DNA from: Mustelus asterias
Taxonomy: Eukaryota
Length of the DNA stretch: 64,000 nt
Reading direction: 5' to 3'
NCBI RefSeq assembly: GCF_964213995.1
Contig: NC_135823.1
Location: forward strand, 26,040,001 to 26,104,000
Shown piece after piece: positions 10,046 to 21,964 of this stretch. The notes under the pieces are model-generated. The model saw only the letters and a program-made list of their open reading frames with translations, made no database searches and was not told the origin of the DNA. Position numbers and translations under genes: made by a program. The stretch's first letter is position 1. Each line of letters starts with the position of its first letter.

Positions 10046-11894
10046 CTGCAAATTGAATTGAATGGTTACAAGCTTATAAACAACAAAACACACATTGGTT
10101 AGCATGAACTTACCTTCCAGTTTCATTAAAATTATATCTCATCCCAAACACCAATCTTACGGCCAACAGATATTCTTATTTATTGTTGAAGATCTTCAAA
10201 CAAGTTTCAGGATCAAACAAAATCCTGAGACGTCACCTTCCAAACCCATGACCACTTCCATCTAGAAGGGCAAGGGCAGCAAATGCATGGGAACACCACT
10301 CCAAGTTCCCCTCCAAGTCACTCACCATCCTTGGAAATAGATCACTGTTCCTTCACTGTCACTGGGTCAAACGCCTGGAATTCTCCCCCTAACAACATTG
10401 AGAGTCAACCCACAGAACATGGACTGCAGCAATTCATAAAGGCAGCTCACCACCACCTCCTGAAGAGCAACTAGGGATGGGCAATAAATGCTGGCCAGCC
10501 AGTGTCGCCCATGTCCCATGACTGAATATAAAAAACAGATTTAGAGATTCGGTACAGGATGGTCTGAATCAATGTTTCAGCAGAAACCCAGCAATGTTCA
10601 GGTCTGGAAGAGAATCATTTAACAATTCATGGATATTGTAAATTCGGTTACAATTAACTCAAACTTTGTGCAGTGGAACCACAGATAGTGAATTTGATGG
10701 TATTGTCATCAATAATTACAATGCAAGTTCAAAAGCGTATGTTGTGCCAGTGTGAAACCCAATCCACCAGCAGGGTTGCAGTGCTGAAGGCCTGTGTGCC
10801 AGGTCTGGCGGCACGCATGCACCCCTCCTCCCACCCACCCCCCCGCACTCCATAAAGGTTGCTTGAGTACACCACACCATAGAGGAGCTCTTCTTCTCCC
10901 CCCCCCCCCCCCCCAAATTCCCTCTTGCACAGTGGTGGCCTCGATGTAAAGGCATTTAACTTCAAACTCATAAAGATTGCAGAAAGGGCAGCTCCATTTT
11001 GAAGGGTCTCTCTGACTTGTTTCCCACTGATGCTCCTTTCATGCTTGAAGGCCTCTGTTTGGCCCTCCTGCTTTGTAGGCTAGCCTATGAGACAGCGAGT
11101 CTGCTCTCTGGCCATTACTTTGTCACCTTGTGGAAAATCACAGCTGAGTGGCTGTTTTTCCATTGCAGGGCTCGGTTCCTCATTGACCCTGACAACAACA
11201 GTGTTCAGAGGCCTGCGGGAAAAATCCTGCCCTGTTGTGCCTCTATTTGTAAAGTCATGAAACCTGTACAACATGAAAAAAACAGCCTGGAGCCTCTTCC
11301 ACACATCCAGGCCACTCACAATATTGATTTTGTAGAGCTAATACAGAGACAGAATTATGCAATGGATCACAAACTCCAAATCACTAACCAGCGCAGTGTG
11401 TGACAGATAATCATGTAGTATAGATCCTGGCACGGACGCACGAATTTTAATTTTTCAGATGAAAGAGCTGCAGAGTGCCCAGGAGTGATAGTTACTGAAG
11501 ATTACATTGAGGCCTGCTGGAAGAGTATAGAAGGCCATAGGCAGATTATCCCAGAGAATGGGGTCTGAGGGAGGAAAGAAAGGAACTAGGGATGAGTTTT
11601 AAAAATACGTGTTAAAGCTTTTTCTGTTTGTATTTTCAGCACTTTCTCCTCTGCTTATTGGCAAAGTGCAACAGCAGTTGAAAGATAGGCAAGAAAATAT
11701 GGAACAATTTTAATGGTTCTCTTTCTCCTAGTGGGGAAAGCTTATTGGCCGCTATTTGCTGATTCTTCATTGGTTGATTTTCTAGGCAGTCAATGATATT
11801 TGAGGCAATTAGTTCTGGGTCACTTTCTGCTTTAATATGAAGTGGAAATTAGTTTAGATCAAGTAAATGTGAGAGGATGAGTCAAAGTGACAGA

Positions 11895-12510
11895 GCATTA
11901 AGGGGAGAGGGTGATTAAGGGAGAATATGAGGAGGGAAGTCTTGCTGCAATTGTACACGATACTGGTGAGACCACATCTGAGTACTGAGAGTAGTTTTGG
12001 TACTCTTATGTAAGGAAAGATATTATTTCACTGGGGGACAGTTCAGAGAAGGTTCACTTAGATGATCCCCAGTATGGAGGGATGATTGTCTTATGAAGAA
12101 AGGTTGAATAGGTTGGGACTCTACTCATTAAAATTGAGAAGAATGAGAGCTGATCTCATTGAAACGTACAAGATCCTTAAGGGGTTTGATAGGGTAAATG
12201 CTGAGAAGATGTTTCCCCTCATGAGAGAGTCTGGGACCAGAGCCTGAGAATAAAGAGGTGCCAATTTAAGACTGAGATGAAGAGGAATTTCTTTACTCAG
12301 AGGGTTGTGAATTGTGCCACAGAGCTGTGGGGCAGAGTCCTTGTGTATATTTAAGGTTGAGATTGATGGTTTTTTGATCATAAGGGAATCAAGGATCACA
12401 GGGAAAGGGTTGGAAAGCAGACATGAGGAATGTCGGATCAGTCATGATCTTATTGAATGGCGTTGCAGGCTTGAGGGTCTGAATGGCCTACTCCTGTTCC
12501 TATTTCTTAT
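11895..12510 (+). mobile_element. Old CR1 LINE 3' fragment shared by both arms
   Basis: CR1 3' motifs; counterpart at 15445-15890 plus 17182-17330(-). Confidence 0.75.
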
Positions 12511-12977
12511 GGGTGGGGGAAAATCACCTCACCCCTCCTGCAGCGCTGTTCCTCACATTCCCCCCTCCAAATTAAGGAGAGGGAGCCCTTAGGAGGATGT
12601 TGATGACCTGGGGACTGCTATACAAGGTGTCCAATAAGGCACGGCACTAACTTTGTTTCCATAGGGGGAGGCCTCTGAATTTCTGGAATAAATGCGGATA
12701 AGAATGTTGATCAAATCTTGACAAATAAATGTCCCAGAAAGTCTCTTGAGCTGTTTAAAAATTCCCCTTTAAACGTCTATCATCCCACCAGTGAATGAAA
12801 AGTTTTTTTATAGTTAATATAAGCTCCCAGGACTATTTGAACCTCTGCAACAAGTTAGTTGTTGTAAGGAGAGGATCTTTTACATGAACATACCACACGT
12901 GATCCAAACAGCAGTTCAATCCCACCTCCCTGAAAAGGAAGTTGGCAATTATAGATTTGCTACATTTTTTACACCAA

Positions 12978-13130
12978 GGGCCCTATTTTACCAAGAATTC
13001 GCGCCCGAAAATCGTGGTAAATTCGGGTGTCGGGCCTTTAACGCGATCTGCACCCGAATCCGAGCAGATCGCAGCTTTACCGACACCCGATTCTGGCGCG
13101 GATCCAGTCCGTGCCCGGATTGGGCGGCCC
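12978..13130. mobile_element. Truncated CpG-rich DNA transposon end with internal hairpin
   Basis: Starts gggccctattttacc; nested inverted repeats tcgggtgtcgg/ccgacacccga and gcgatctgc/gcagatcgc; absent from the other arm. Confidence 0.5.
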
Positions 13131-13738
13131 CATGGTACATTGGGGAGACCATGCAGATGCTACGACAACGGATGAATGAACACCGCTCGACAATCACCAG
13201 GCAAGAGTGTTCTCTTCCTGTGGGGGAGCACTTCAGCGGTCACGGGCATTCAGCCTCTGATCTTCGGGTCAGCGTTCTCCAAGGCGGCCTTCACGACACA
13301 CGACAGCGCAGAGTCGCTGAGCAGAGACTGATAGCCAAGTTCCGCACTCATGAGGATGGCCTCAACCGGGATCTTGGGTTCATGTCACACTATCTGTAAC
13401 CTCCACGACTTGCCTGGGCTTGCAAAATCTCACTAACTGTCCCGGCTGGAGACAATACACATCTCTTTAACCTGTGCTTAACCCTCTCTCCACTCACATT
13501 GTCTGTACCTTTAAGACTTGATTACCTGTAAAGACTTGCATTCCAACCATTATTTTGTAAATTGAGTTGTGTCTTTATATGCCCTGTTTGTGAACTGAAA
13601 TCCCACTCACCTGACGAAGGAGCAGCGCTCCGAAAGCTAGTGGCTTTTGCTACCAAATAAACCTGTTGGACTTTAACCTGGTGTTGTGACACTTCTTACT
13701 GTGCTTACCCCAGTCCAACGCCGGCATCTCCACATCAT
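13131..13738 (+). mobile_element. Penelope-like element, 5'-truncated (GIY-YIG endonuclease C-terminus plus terminal repeat)
   Basis: YIGET..LRQRMNEH...PVGEHF...AEQRLIAKFRTHEDGLNRD; 3' end shared with other copies in the window. Confidence 0.9.
13608..13642 (+). ncRNA. Minimal hammerhead ribozyme motif in the Penelope terminal repeat
   Basis: cac-CTGACGA-a-ggagc-agc-gctcc-GAAA-gcta-gtg: conserved core, stem II, short stem I and palindromic agct stem III. Related copies at ~14504, 44520, 60223(-), 61447(-) and 62228. Confidence 0.72.
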
Positions 13739-13801
13739 GAGTATTTTCTCCCAGGATCAGAGCCGGGAAATAAGCGAGAAAGAAATCAATCAAACACTTA
13801 C

Positions 13802-13899
13802 CAAGCCAACAGGAGCAGGAAAGTGAGGAGAAGAATCCAGGTTTGGTCGGACAGAACAGCCCGGATCAGCCCCAGACTCTGTGCGAAAAGGACAGGCAT
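13802..13899 (-). CDS. CYP3A: CYP3A-like copy A, coding exon 1 (MPVLFAQSLGLIRAVLSDQTWILLLTFLLLLA-W, membrane anchor)
   Basis: ATG at 13899-13897, 98 bp, phase-2 GT donor (gtaagt), CYP3A-type S-x-x-TW-x-LL hydrophobic anchor, TATA ~55 bp upstream; joins exon 2 in frame. Confidence 0.88.
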
Positions 13900-13951
13900 C
13901 CTGTGAGAAGTCAGAGAGAGGATACTGGGAGTCTGAGCTGGGCACTGGGAG

Positions 13952-13959
13952 TATTTATA
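13952..13959 (-). promoter_or_regulatory. TATA box of CYP3A copy A
   Basis: TATAAATA on the minus strand ~55 bp upstream of the exon-1 ATG; the same motif is conserved upstream of copy C. Confidence 0.75.
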
Positions 13960-14411
13960 GAGAGAGTCAGTCACACTGAGGCAGAAACAGCGAGCGGGCT
14001 GTTCAAACAAGGAAATGATGTGGAGATACATAAAAAGTCTCACAACACCAGGTTAAAGTCCAACAGGTTTATTTGGTAGCACAATACCTAACATCACTGT
14101 GGGTGCACCTACACCATACAGACTGCAGTTGTTCAAGAAGGCAACACACCATCATACCAAAAATCAAACATTGCAGTTTTAAATAATGTGGGTTTTATTA
14201 GCTATGTTTAAAGTTTATTTATTAGTTTCACAAGTAGGCTTGTATTAACACTGCAATTAATTACTGTGAACATTTCTAAAAATAGATTTTTTAAAAATTT
14301 AATGACACTGGGGTACAAACTGCTGCATTAAAAATTACACCTTGTCCAGACAATATTCCAATCAGTTTATAAATCTCAGATAGAGTCACTCACTGCCTTT
14401 CCTGGTTTGCA

Positions 14412-14597
14412 CAGTAAGAAGTCTCACAACACCAGGTCAAAGTCCAACAGGTTTATTTGGTAGCACAAGCCACAAGCTTTCGGAGCACTGCTCCTTCACC
14501 ACTTACCTGACGAAGGAGCAGCGCTCCGAAAGCTTGCGGCTTGTCCTACCAAATAAACCTGTTGGACTTTAACCTGGTGTTGTGAGACTTCTTACTG
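14412..14597. mobile_element. Foldback pair of Penelope terminal repeats (~85-bp arms)
   Basis: cagtaagaagtctcacaacacc... and ...ggtgttgtgagacttcttactg form a near-perfect palindrome. Confidence 0.9.
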
Positions 14598-15890
14598 AGA
14601 AAATACTCACACAGATGAACTGAACTCACTGTTAGCATGAGAAAAGTTGACAGCATTTCTCACCGAGTTTGTCTTTGTTTTGAACTGTTGAGGGCTCCTC
14701 AGTCTCTGCCTTACCGCCCCCCCCCCCCCCCCAATCCCCATGGAGCAGAGCCGGGGACGGTGCTGGAGACTCGGGGCTGATTCCGGGACATTCCCTCTCT
14801 TCCTGCCCTCTGAGTGCGGATCCCAACAAATCAGCCTTTTGGGGCTGGCGGGGGTGGGGGGGTGGGGGGTGCGGTGTGGTCTGAGTTAATGCAGATGACC
14901 CCAAGGATGAGATTTATCCCAGTGGGAATTTTGGTGGGAAGATCATTCGATTTCAATGGGATCTGGGGGATACATTCCCAGCATTGCAGATTCAAATCGA
15001 TTTCCTGGAGTCAGACATATGTTCAATATGAAACTTTGCAAAAATGTGTAAAAAAATGTAATCTAATGTAGCAAATCTATAATTGCCAGCTTTTTCAGGG
15101 AGGTGGGATTGAACTGCTGTTTGGATCACGTGTGGTATGTTCATGTAAAAGATCCTCTCCTTACAACAACTAACTTGCTGCAGAGGATTTCAAGTAGTCC
15201 GTTATATTAACGATTTTAAAAAACTTTTCATTCACTGGTGGGATGGTAGAGGTTTAAACAGCTCCTGAGAAGTTCTGGGACACTTTTGTGTTAAGACTTT
15301 ATCAACATTCTTATCAGCATTTATTCCAGAAATTCTAAAGCTTTCCCCTATGGACGCAATGTTAGTGCCGCATCTTATTGAACACCTTGTATAGCACTCC
15401 CCAGGTCATCAACATCTTCCCAAGGGGTCCTTCTTTAATTTAAAACCATAAAGAATAGGAACAGGAGTAGGCTGTTCAGCCCCTCAAGCCCACAACACTT
15501 CAGTAAGATCATGACTGATTCAACATTCCTCGCATTCACTTTCCTGCCCTTTCTCCGTGACCCTTAATTCCCTTACTGATCAAAAATCTATCTATCTCAG
15601 CCTTAAATATATACAAGGACTTTGCCCTCACAGCTCTGTAGCAAAAGTCACATCCTCCGAGTGAAGAAATTCCTCTTCATCTGAATCTTAAATTGGCACC
15701 TCTTTATTCTGAAGCGATGACCTCTAGTCCTAGACTCTCTCATAAGTGGAAATGTCCGCTCAGCTTTTACCCTGTCAAGCCTCTTAAGAATCCTATATGT
15801 TTCAATAAGATCACCTCTCATTCTTCTAAATTCCAGTGAGTAGAGTCCCAGCCTGTTTAACCTTTCCTCTTAAGACAATTCCTTCATACC

Positions 15891-17181
15891 TTGATTTGAA
15901 CTGATTAGTAAACAGTGAAAAGTATTGTTCCTTGTGCGCTACACAGACAAAGCATTCTGTACGTAGAGAAAGAAAGGAGAGAGTGCAGAATGTAGTTTTA
16001 CAGTCATAGCTATGGTGTAAAGAATGATCAACTTAATATGAAGAAGGTCCATTCAAAAGTCAGTTGGTACATGACCTCAGACTTTTGTATCTTGTTCCCA
16101 ATGGAAGAAGGTGGAAGCGAGGGTGCATGGGGTCCTTGATCATGCTGGCTGCTTTTCCAAGGCAGCGGAAAGTGTAGACAGAGTCCATGGATGGGAGGCT
16201 TGTTTGCGTGATGGACTGGGCTACGTTCACGACTCTTTGTAGTTCTTTGCAGGAGTCATACCAAGCTGCGATACAACCAGAAAGAATGCTTTCTATGGTG
16301 CATCTGTAAAAGTTGGTGAGAGTGATAGCAGAGATGCCAAATTTCCTTCGCCTCCTGAGAAAGTAGAGGCATTGGAGGGCTTTCTTAGCTTTAGCATCAG
16401 CATGAAAGGACCAGGACAGGTTGGTGATCTAGACAGGGGCATGTCCTCCACTACACTTCCTGAAGTTGATGACTATCTCATTCATTTTGTTGACATTGAG
16501 GGAGAGATTATTGTTGTCGCACCAGTTCACCAGATTCTCTATCTCTTTCCTGTACTCCATCTCATCATTGTTTGAGATCCGACCCACTACGGTGGTGTCA
16601 TCAGCAAACTTGAAAATCAAGTTGGAGGGGAATTTGGCCGCACCATTATAGGTTTATAAGGAGTATAATAAGGGGCTGAAGATACAACCTTGCGGAGCAC
16701 CGGTGTTGAGGATGATTGTGGAGGAGGTGTATATTTTTGCCTATCCTTACTGATTGCGGTCTATGGGCTAGGAAGTTATGGATCCCGCTTCAAAGGGAGG
16801 AGCCGAGCCCCAAGCCAAGGAGTTTGGAGATGAGTTTTGTAGGAATAATGGTGTTGAAAGCTGAGCTGTAGTTAATAAATAGGAGTCTGACATTGATGTC
16901 TTTGTTATCTAGGTGTTCCAGGGTTGAGTGTAGGGCCAGGGAGATGGCGTATGTGGACCTGTTGTGGCTTGTAGATGAACTGTAGTGGATCCAAGCAATC
17001 CAGGATTCGTGCCATAACTAACCTCCCGAAGCACTTCATAATGATGGATGTCAGAGCCACTGGACAATAGTCATTAAGGTCTGCTGCCTGGCTTTTCTTT
17101 GGCACAGGGATGATGGTCATCTTCTTGAAGCAGATAGGGACCTCAGATTGGTGTAAAGAGAGATTAAAGATGTCTGCGAAT
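15891..17181 (-). mobile_element. Rex1/Babar-like LINE fragment nested in an older CR1
   Basis: [15 protein letters not shown] and KFADDTTVVG motifs; splits a CR1 that is contiguous in the left arm. Confidence 0.8.
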
Positions 17182-18117
17182 AGGGATCATCCTGGTAGTG
17201 AACCTTCTCTGAACTTGCATCCAATGAAATAATATCTTTCCTTAAATAAGAGGACCAAAACTGTTCACAGTACTCCAGATGTGGTCTCACCACTACCTTG
17301 TCCAATTGCAGCAAGACCTCCCTTCTCCTATTCCTCCATAATCACCTCCCCGCCCCCATGCTCTGTCACTTTGACTCATCTTTTCACATTTATTTGATCT
17401 AAACTAATTTCCATTTCGCTTTAAACAGAAAGTGACCCTGAACTAATTGCCTCAAATATCATTGAATGCCTAGAAAATCAACCGATGAAGGATCAGCAAA
17501 CAGCGGCCAATAAGCTTCACCCAATAGGAGAAAGAGAACCATTAAAATGGTTCCATATTTCCTTGCCTACCTTTCAATTGCTGTTATGCTTTGCCAATAA
17601 GCAGAGGAGAGAGTGCTGAAGATACAATTTCTAATAGAATAGAAAAAGCTTTAACGCCTACACTTAAATCTCATCCCTAGTTCCCTTTTTGCCTCCCTCT
17701 GGCCCCATTCTCTGGGATAATCTGCCTTTGGCCTTCTACACTCTTCCAACAGGCCTCAATGTAATCTTCAGTAAGAGTATCACTTCTGGGCTCTTTCATC
17801 TGAGTATTAAAATCTATCAGTCTGTGCCAGGATCTATTCTACATAATTAATTGAACAGAGTTTCTCATCAGTCACATGCTGCACTTGTTAATGATTTGGA
17901 GTTTGTGATCCATATTACATAATCTTGTCTTTGTATGAGCTCAGATTTTGCTACAAAATCAGTAGTGGTGATGAATGTTGTGAGTGGAGGAAGTGAGTTG
18001 TCTGATGTGTGGAAGAGGCTCTGGGCTGTTTTTTTTTAGATGTTGTACAGGTTGCATGACTTTACAAATAGAGGCACAACAGGGCAGGATTTTTTCCTGC
18101 AGGCTTCTGAACCCTGT

Positions 18118-18415
18118 GGTCAGGATGGCACAGTGATTAGCACTGCTGCCTCACAGAGCCAGGGATTCGGGTTCGACTCGTGGCTTGGGTCACTGTGCGG
18201 AGTCTGCACGTTCTCTCCGTGTCCACATAGGTTTCCTCCGGGTGCTCCGGTTTCCTCCCGCAGTCTGAAAGATGTGCTGGTTAGGTGCATTGGCCATGCT
18301 AAATTCTCCCTCCGTGTACCCAAACAGGCACCGAAGTGTGGCGACCAGGGAATTTTCACAGTAACTTCATTGCAGTGTTAATGTAAGCCTACTTGTGACA
18401 TTAATAAACTTTAAA
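18118..18415 (+). mobile_element. tRNA-derived SINE
   Basis: Same family as 3153-3441; absent from the left arm. Confidence 0.85.
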
Positions 18416-19105
18416 CAAATGAGGAACCGAGCCCTGCAATGGAGAAACAGTTGTTCACCTGTGATTTTCCACAAGATGACAAAGTAATGGCAGACAGCAG
18501 ACTCACTGTCCAATTGGCTGGCTCACGAAACTGGAGGGCCAATCAGAGGCCTTCAAGCATGAAAGGAGTGTTAGTGGGAGACAAGTCAGAGCAGGAGTTC
18601 AAAATGGAGCTGCCCTTTCTGCAATCTTTATAAGTTTGCAATCTTTTGGCTGTTAAACAGACTTCTGCTGCCCTAGGGTTCCGTGAGCGCGCGTACGTAC
18701 GTACATACCCAGGGAACCGGCACGCAGGCCAGCAACACTGCAACCCTGTCTTTGGATTGGGTTTCACACTGGCACAACATATGTTTTTGAACATGCATTG
18801 TAATTATTGCTGATCTCTTGACGATGACGAATCCATCAAATTCGCTGTCTATGGTTCCACTGCACAGAGTTTGAGTTAATTGTAACCAAATTTACAATAT
18901 CTTTGAATTATTATATGATTCTCTTTCAGACCTGAACATTGCAATGTTTCTGCTGAAACATTGAATGAAACAGTCTCCAATCCTGTCCCGAATCTCTAAA
19001 CCCTGAACCTTGTTTGAAGATCTTCAACATTAAATGAGAATATCTGTTGGACATAAGATTGGTGTTTGAATAAGATATAATTTTAATGAGACTGGAAGGT
19101 AAGTT

Positions 19106-20083
19106 TGATTTTGATTTGATTTAATTTGATTTATTTTTGTCACATGTATTAACAAAGTGAAAAGTATTGTTCCTTGCGCACTATACAGACAAAACATACT
19201 GTTCATAGAGAAGCAAATGAGAGTGCAGAATGTAGTGTTACAGTCATAGCTAGGGTGTAGAGAAAAATCAACTTAATGCAAGGTAAGTCCATTCAAAAGT
19301 CTGACAGCAGCAGGGAAGCTGTTCTTGAGTCGGTTCGTACGTGACCTCAGACTTTTGTATCTTTTTCCTGAAGAAAGAAGGTGGAAGAGAGAATGTCCGG
19401 TGTGCGTAGGGTCCTTAATTATGCTGGCTGCTTTGCTGAGGCAGCCGGAAGTGTAGACAGAGTCAATGGATGGGAGGCTGGTTTGCGTGATGGATTGGGC
19501 TACATTCACGACCTTTTGTAGTTCCTTGCGGTCTTGGGCAGAGCAGGAGCCATACCAAGCTGTGATACAGCCAGAAAGAATGCTTTCTATGGTGCATCTG
19601 TAAAAGTTGGTGAGAGTCGTAACTGACATGCCAAATTTCCATAGTCTGCTGAGAAAGTAGAGGCGTTGTGTGCTTTCTTAACTATAGTGTCAGCATGGGG
19701 GGACCAGGAGAGGTTGTTGGTGATCTGGACACCTAAAAACTTGAAGCTCTCGACCCTTTCTACTTTGTCCCCGTTGGTGTAGACAGGGGCATGTTCTCCT
19801 TTATGCTTCCTGAAGTTGATGACAATCTCCTTCATTTTGTTGACATTGAGGGAGAGATTATTGTTGCCGCACCAGTTCACCAGGTTCTCTATCTCATTCC
19901 TGTACTCTGTCTCGTCATTGTTTGAGATCCGACCCACTATGGTGGTGTCATCAGCAAACTTGAAAATCAAATTGAAGGGGAATTTGACCGCACAGTCATA
20001 GGTGTATAAGGAATATAGTAGGGGGCTGAGAACACAGCTTTGTGGGGCACCAGTGTTGAGGATCTCCATGGAGGAGGTGCGAA
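19106..20083 (-). mobile_element. Rex1/Babar-like LINE 3' fragment
   Basis: GAPQSCVLSPLLYSLYT, KFADDTT, FYRCTIESIL; (tttga)n tail; aagtt on both sides; absent from the left arm. Confidence 0.85.
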
Positions 20084-20137
20084 AAGTTCATACTAACCAA
20101 TGTGTGTTTTGTTGTTGATAAGCAATTCAATTTGCAG

Positions 20138-20231
20138 GTACAGTGTTTTACCATACGGGTTATTTAAACGCATTGGAGTTCCGGGCCCAAGGCCACTGCC
20201 ATTCATTGGAACAGTTCTCTATTACAGAAAG
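20138..20231 (+). pseudogene. CYP3A: Copy B exon 2 ([31 protein letters not shown])
   Basis: 94 bp, AG/GT intact, near-identical to 9952-10045. Confidence 0.9.
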
Positions 20232-21964
20232 GTTTGTTCATCTTCCCTTTCACCACCATGTCAATAACTCCAGTTACAACATCACCTATTATTAAATTGT
20301 TCTGCCATAGCCTTGTTTCTTCCTGTAACTGAGAGCTGAAGAGACCTCACAGAAGCCCCTGCTTATGTTTTAGTGACAGGAGACTCTGGCAGAGCAGGCC
20401 TGCTGCTGACTGATGGTCTCTCTTCATTTAGTGAACCTGCCAAAAGCTGGAGAATCTCTCCTGGAGGATAATCCCGAGTGTAGAGTCTAGTTTGTTTGTA
20501 CGGCCTAGTGGAACTTGTATCCCTATAGTTGGCAGTGCTGGTGCTTCACTGAACTGACTTAATAATATACAAGAATTAATATAACAGCTCAACTAATTAA
20601 TGCATTGACTTACAAAGACTAAATCCCAGTTGAAAAGGCAAATACAATTATTGCTATTTTTAACACAGTGGGAAGAATTTAACAGGTGATGGGGTTTCCT
20701 GCCCTGCCAAGAGAAACGTTACATCCTCCTGAGAGGGTAGATGAGATCTCCATTTAACATCTCATTTACTCTGTCTGGTGACACCTCCATCCAATCACCT
20801 GAAGCAGTCAATGCGATGGAGCTAATATCCCTCCATGTCCTTGCCTCACTTGCTCATTGGGCGAACATGGCTTTGTGAAGGATGGACAACGCGCAGCCCC
20901 ATGATCTTGCATGTCTCTTATGAGGGAGCAGAGAGGATAACTTATGTAGAAGTGGGAGAAGTTGTGGGTTTATGGTGCTCTCTGTTATCTGCTGTTTTGA
21001 ATTGTTCCCATTTGCTACTGGAGAATACAGTGGAAGAAACTACATCTAATGGCAGCTGTCCTTCTCCAACATGGAGGATATGCTACTACAGACAGGATGT
21101 AGGAAATAGTGTAGATGTGGTTGAGGGGAGGCTGTATAGGAACAGAAAGATATGCTAATGGGACAGGAAGAGGCTTATGTGGATGATAAAACTCTGAATA
21201 CCAATTGGCCTGAATGGTCATCTCGGAAACTGATTTCAAAATGTCTGTGATAGGTTCCTTGCGGTCACATGAATGTCAAATGGAATTAAAAAGATGCATT
21301 AGTAGTTCCAGAAACTTCTTGCCAATATATCTGTAAGTGCTGTGACATGGATCATTGACCTGAAATGTTGGGCAAGATCTTCCGTAGAGCAGCAATCACC
21401 ATCTAATTTGTCACTTTGCTTGAACTTTTCTACTGACACTGCTCCACCTTTCTTACTGGATCTTCAGAGCCTGGCTTCTCCAGAAATACAGAGCACAGCA
21501 ACCATCAAAGAGCTAACATTGGAGGGAAGACAGGGGACAGCCCCTTTAACAGCACTAGCTGCTTTATGGCAAATTTAAAAGTCCAGTGTGATATTAGTGA
21601 TTGAGTAGGTGGTGCAGTGGGGAGTCAGTTCTTTAGTTTATACAGGAGTTAGAGCCGTGTTTTTGTTTTTCTGCCTAATATTTTTTGGTAACCATTCAGT
21701 TAATGACTGGAACTGTCCGAACTTTCCAACTCTTTCACGGAGGATCCGGGGCAGCAGGGTAATTGCATGTCCATAGTTCAAACTTCCAAGTCAATTCTCA
21801 TGGTGGGCAGTTCACTGGGACTTGGCGTGGGGACTTAACATCCATCTTGGGTGGTAAAGACTTGAGGATCTGGGCCATGAACTCTTTCTCCATAAATCCC
21901 GCTGGGTAAGAGCAGCATTATCTATTTTATTGCTGACTTTTGGACATCAGTGGCTCTGCAACAT

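Noticed and set aside
12884-13399. 171-aa ORF as a novel gene
   Set aside because: Chance read-through across intron DNA, a DNA-transposon end and a truncated Penelope endonuclease.
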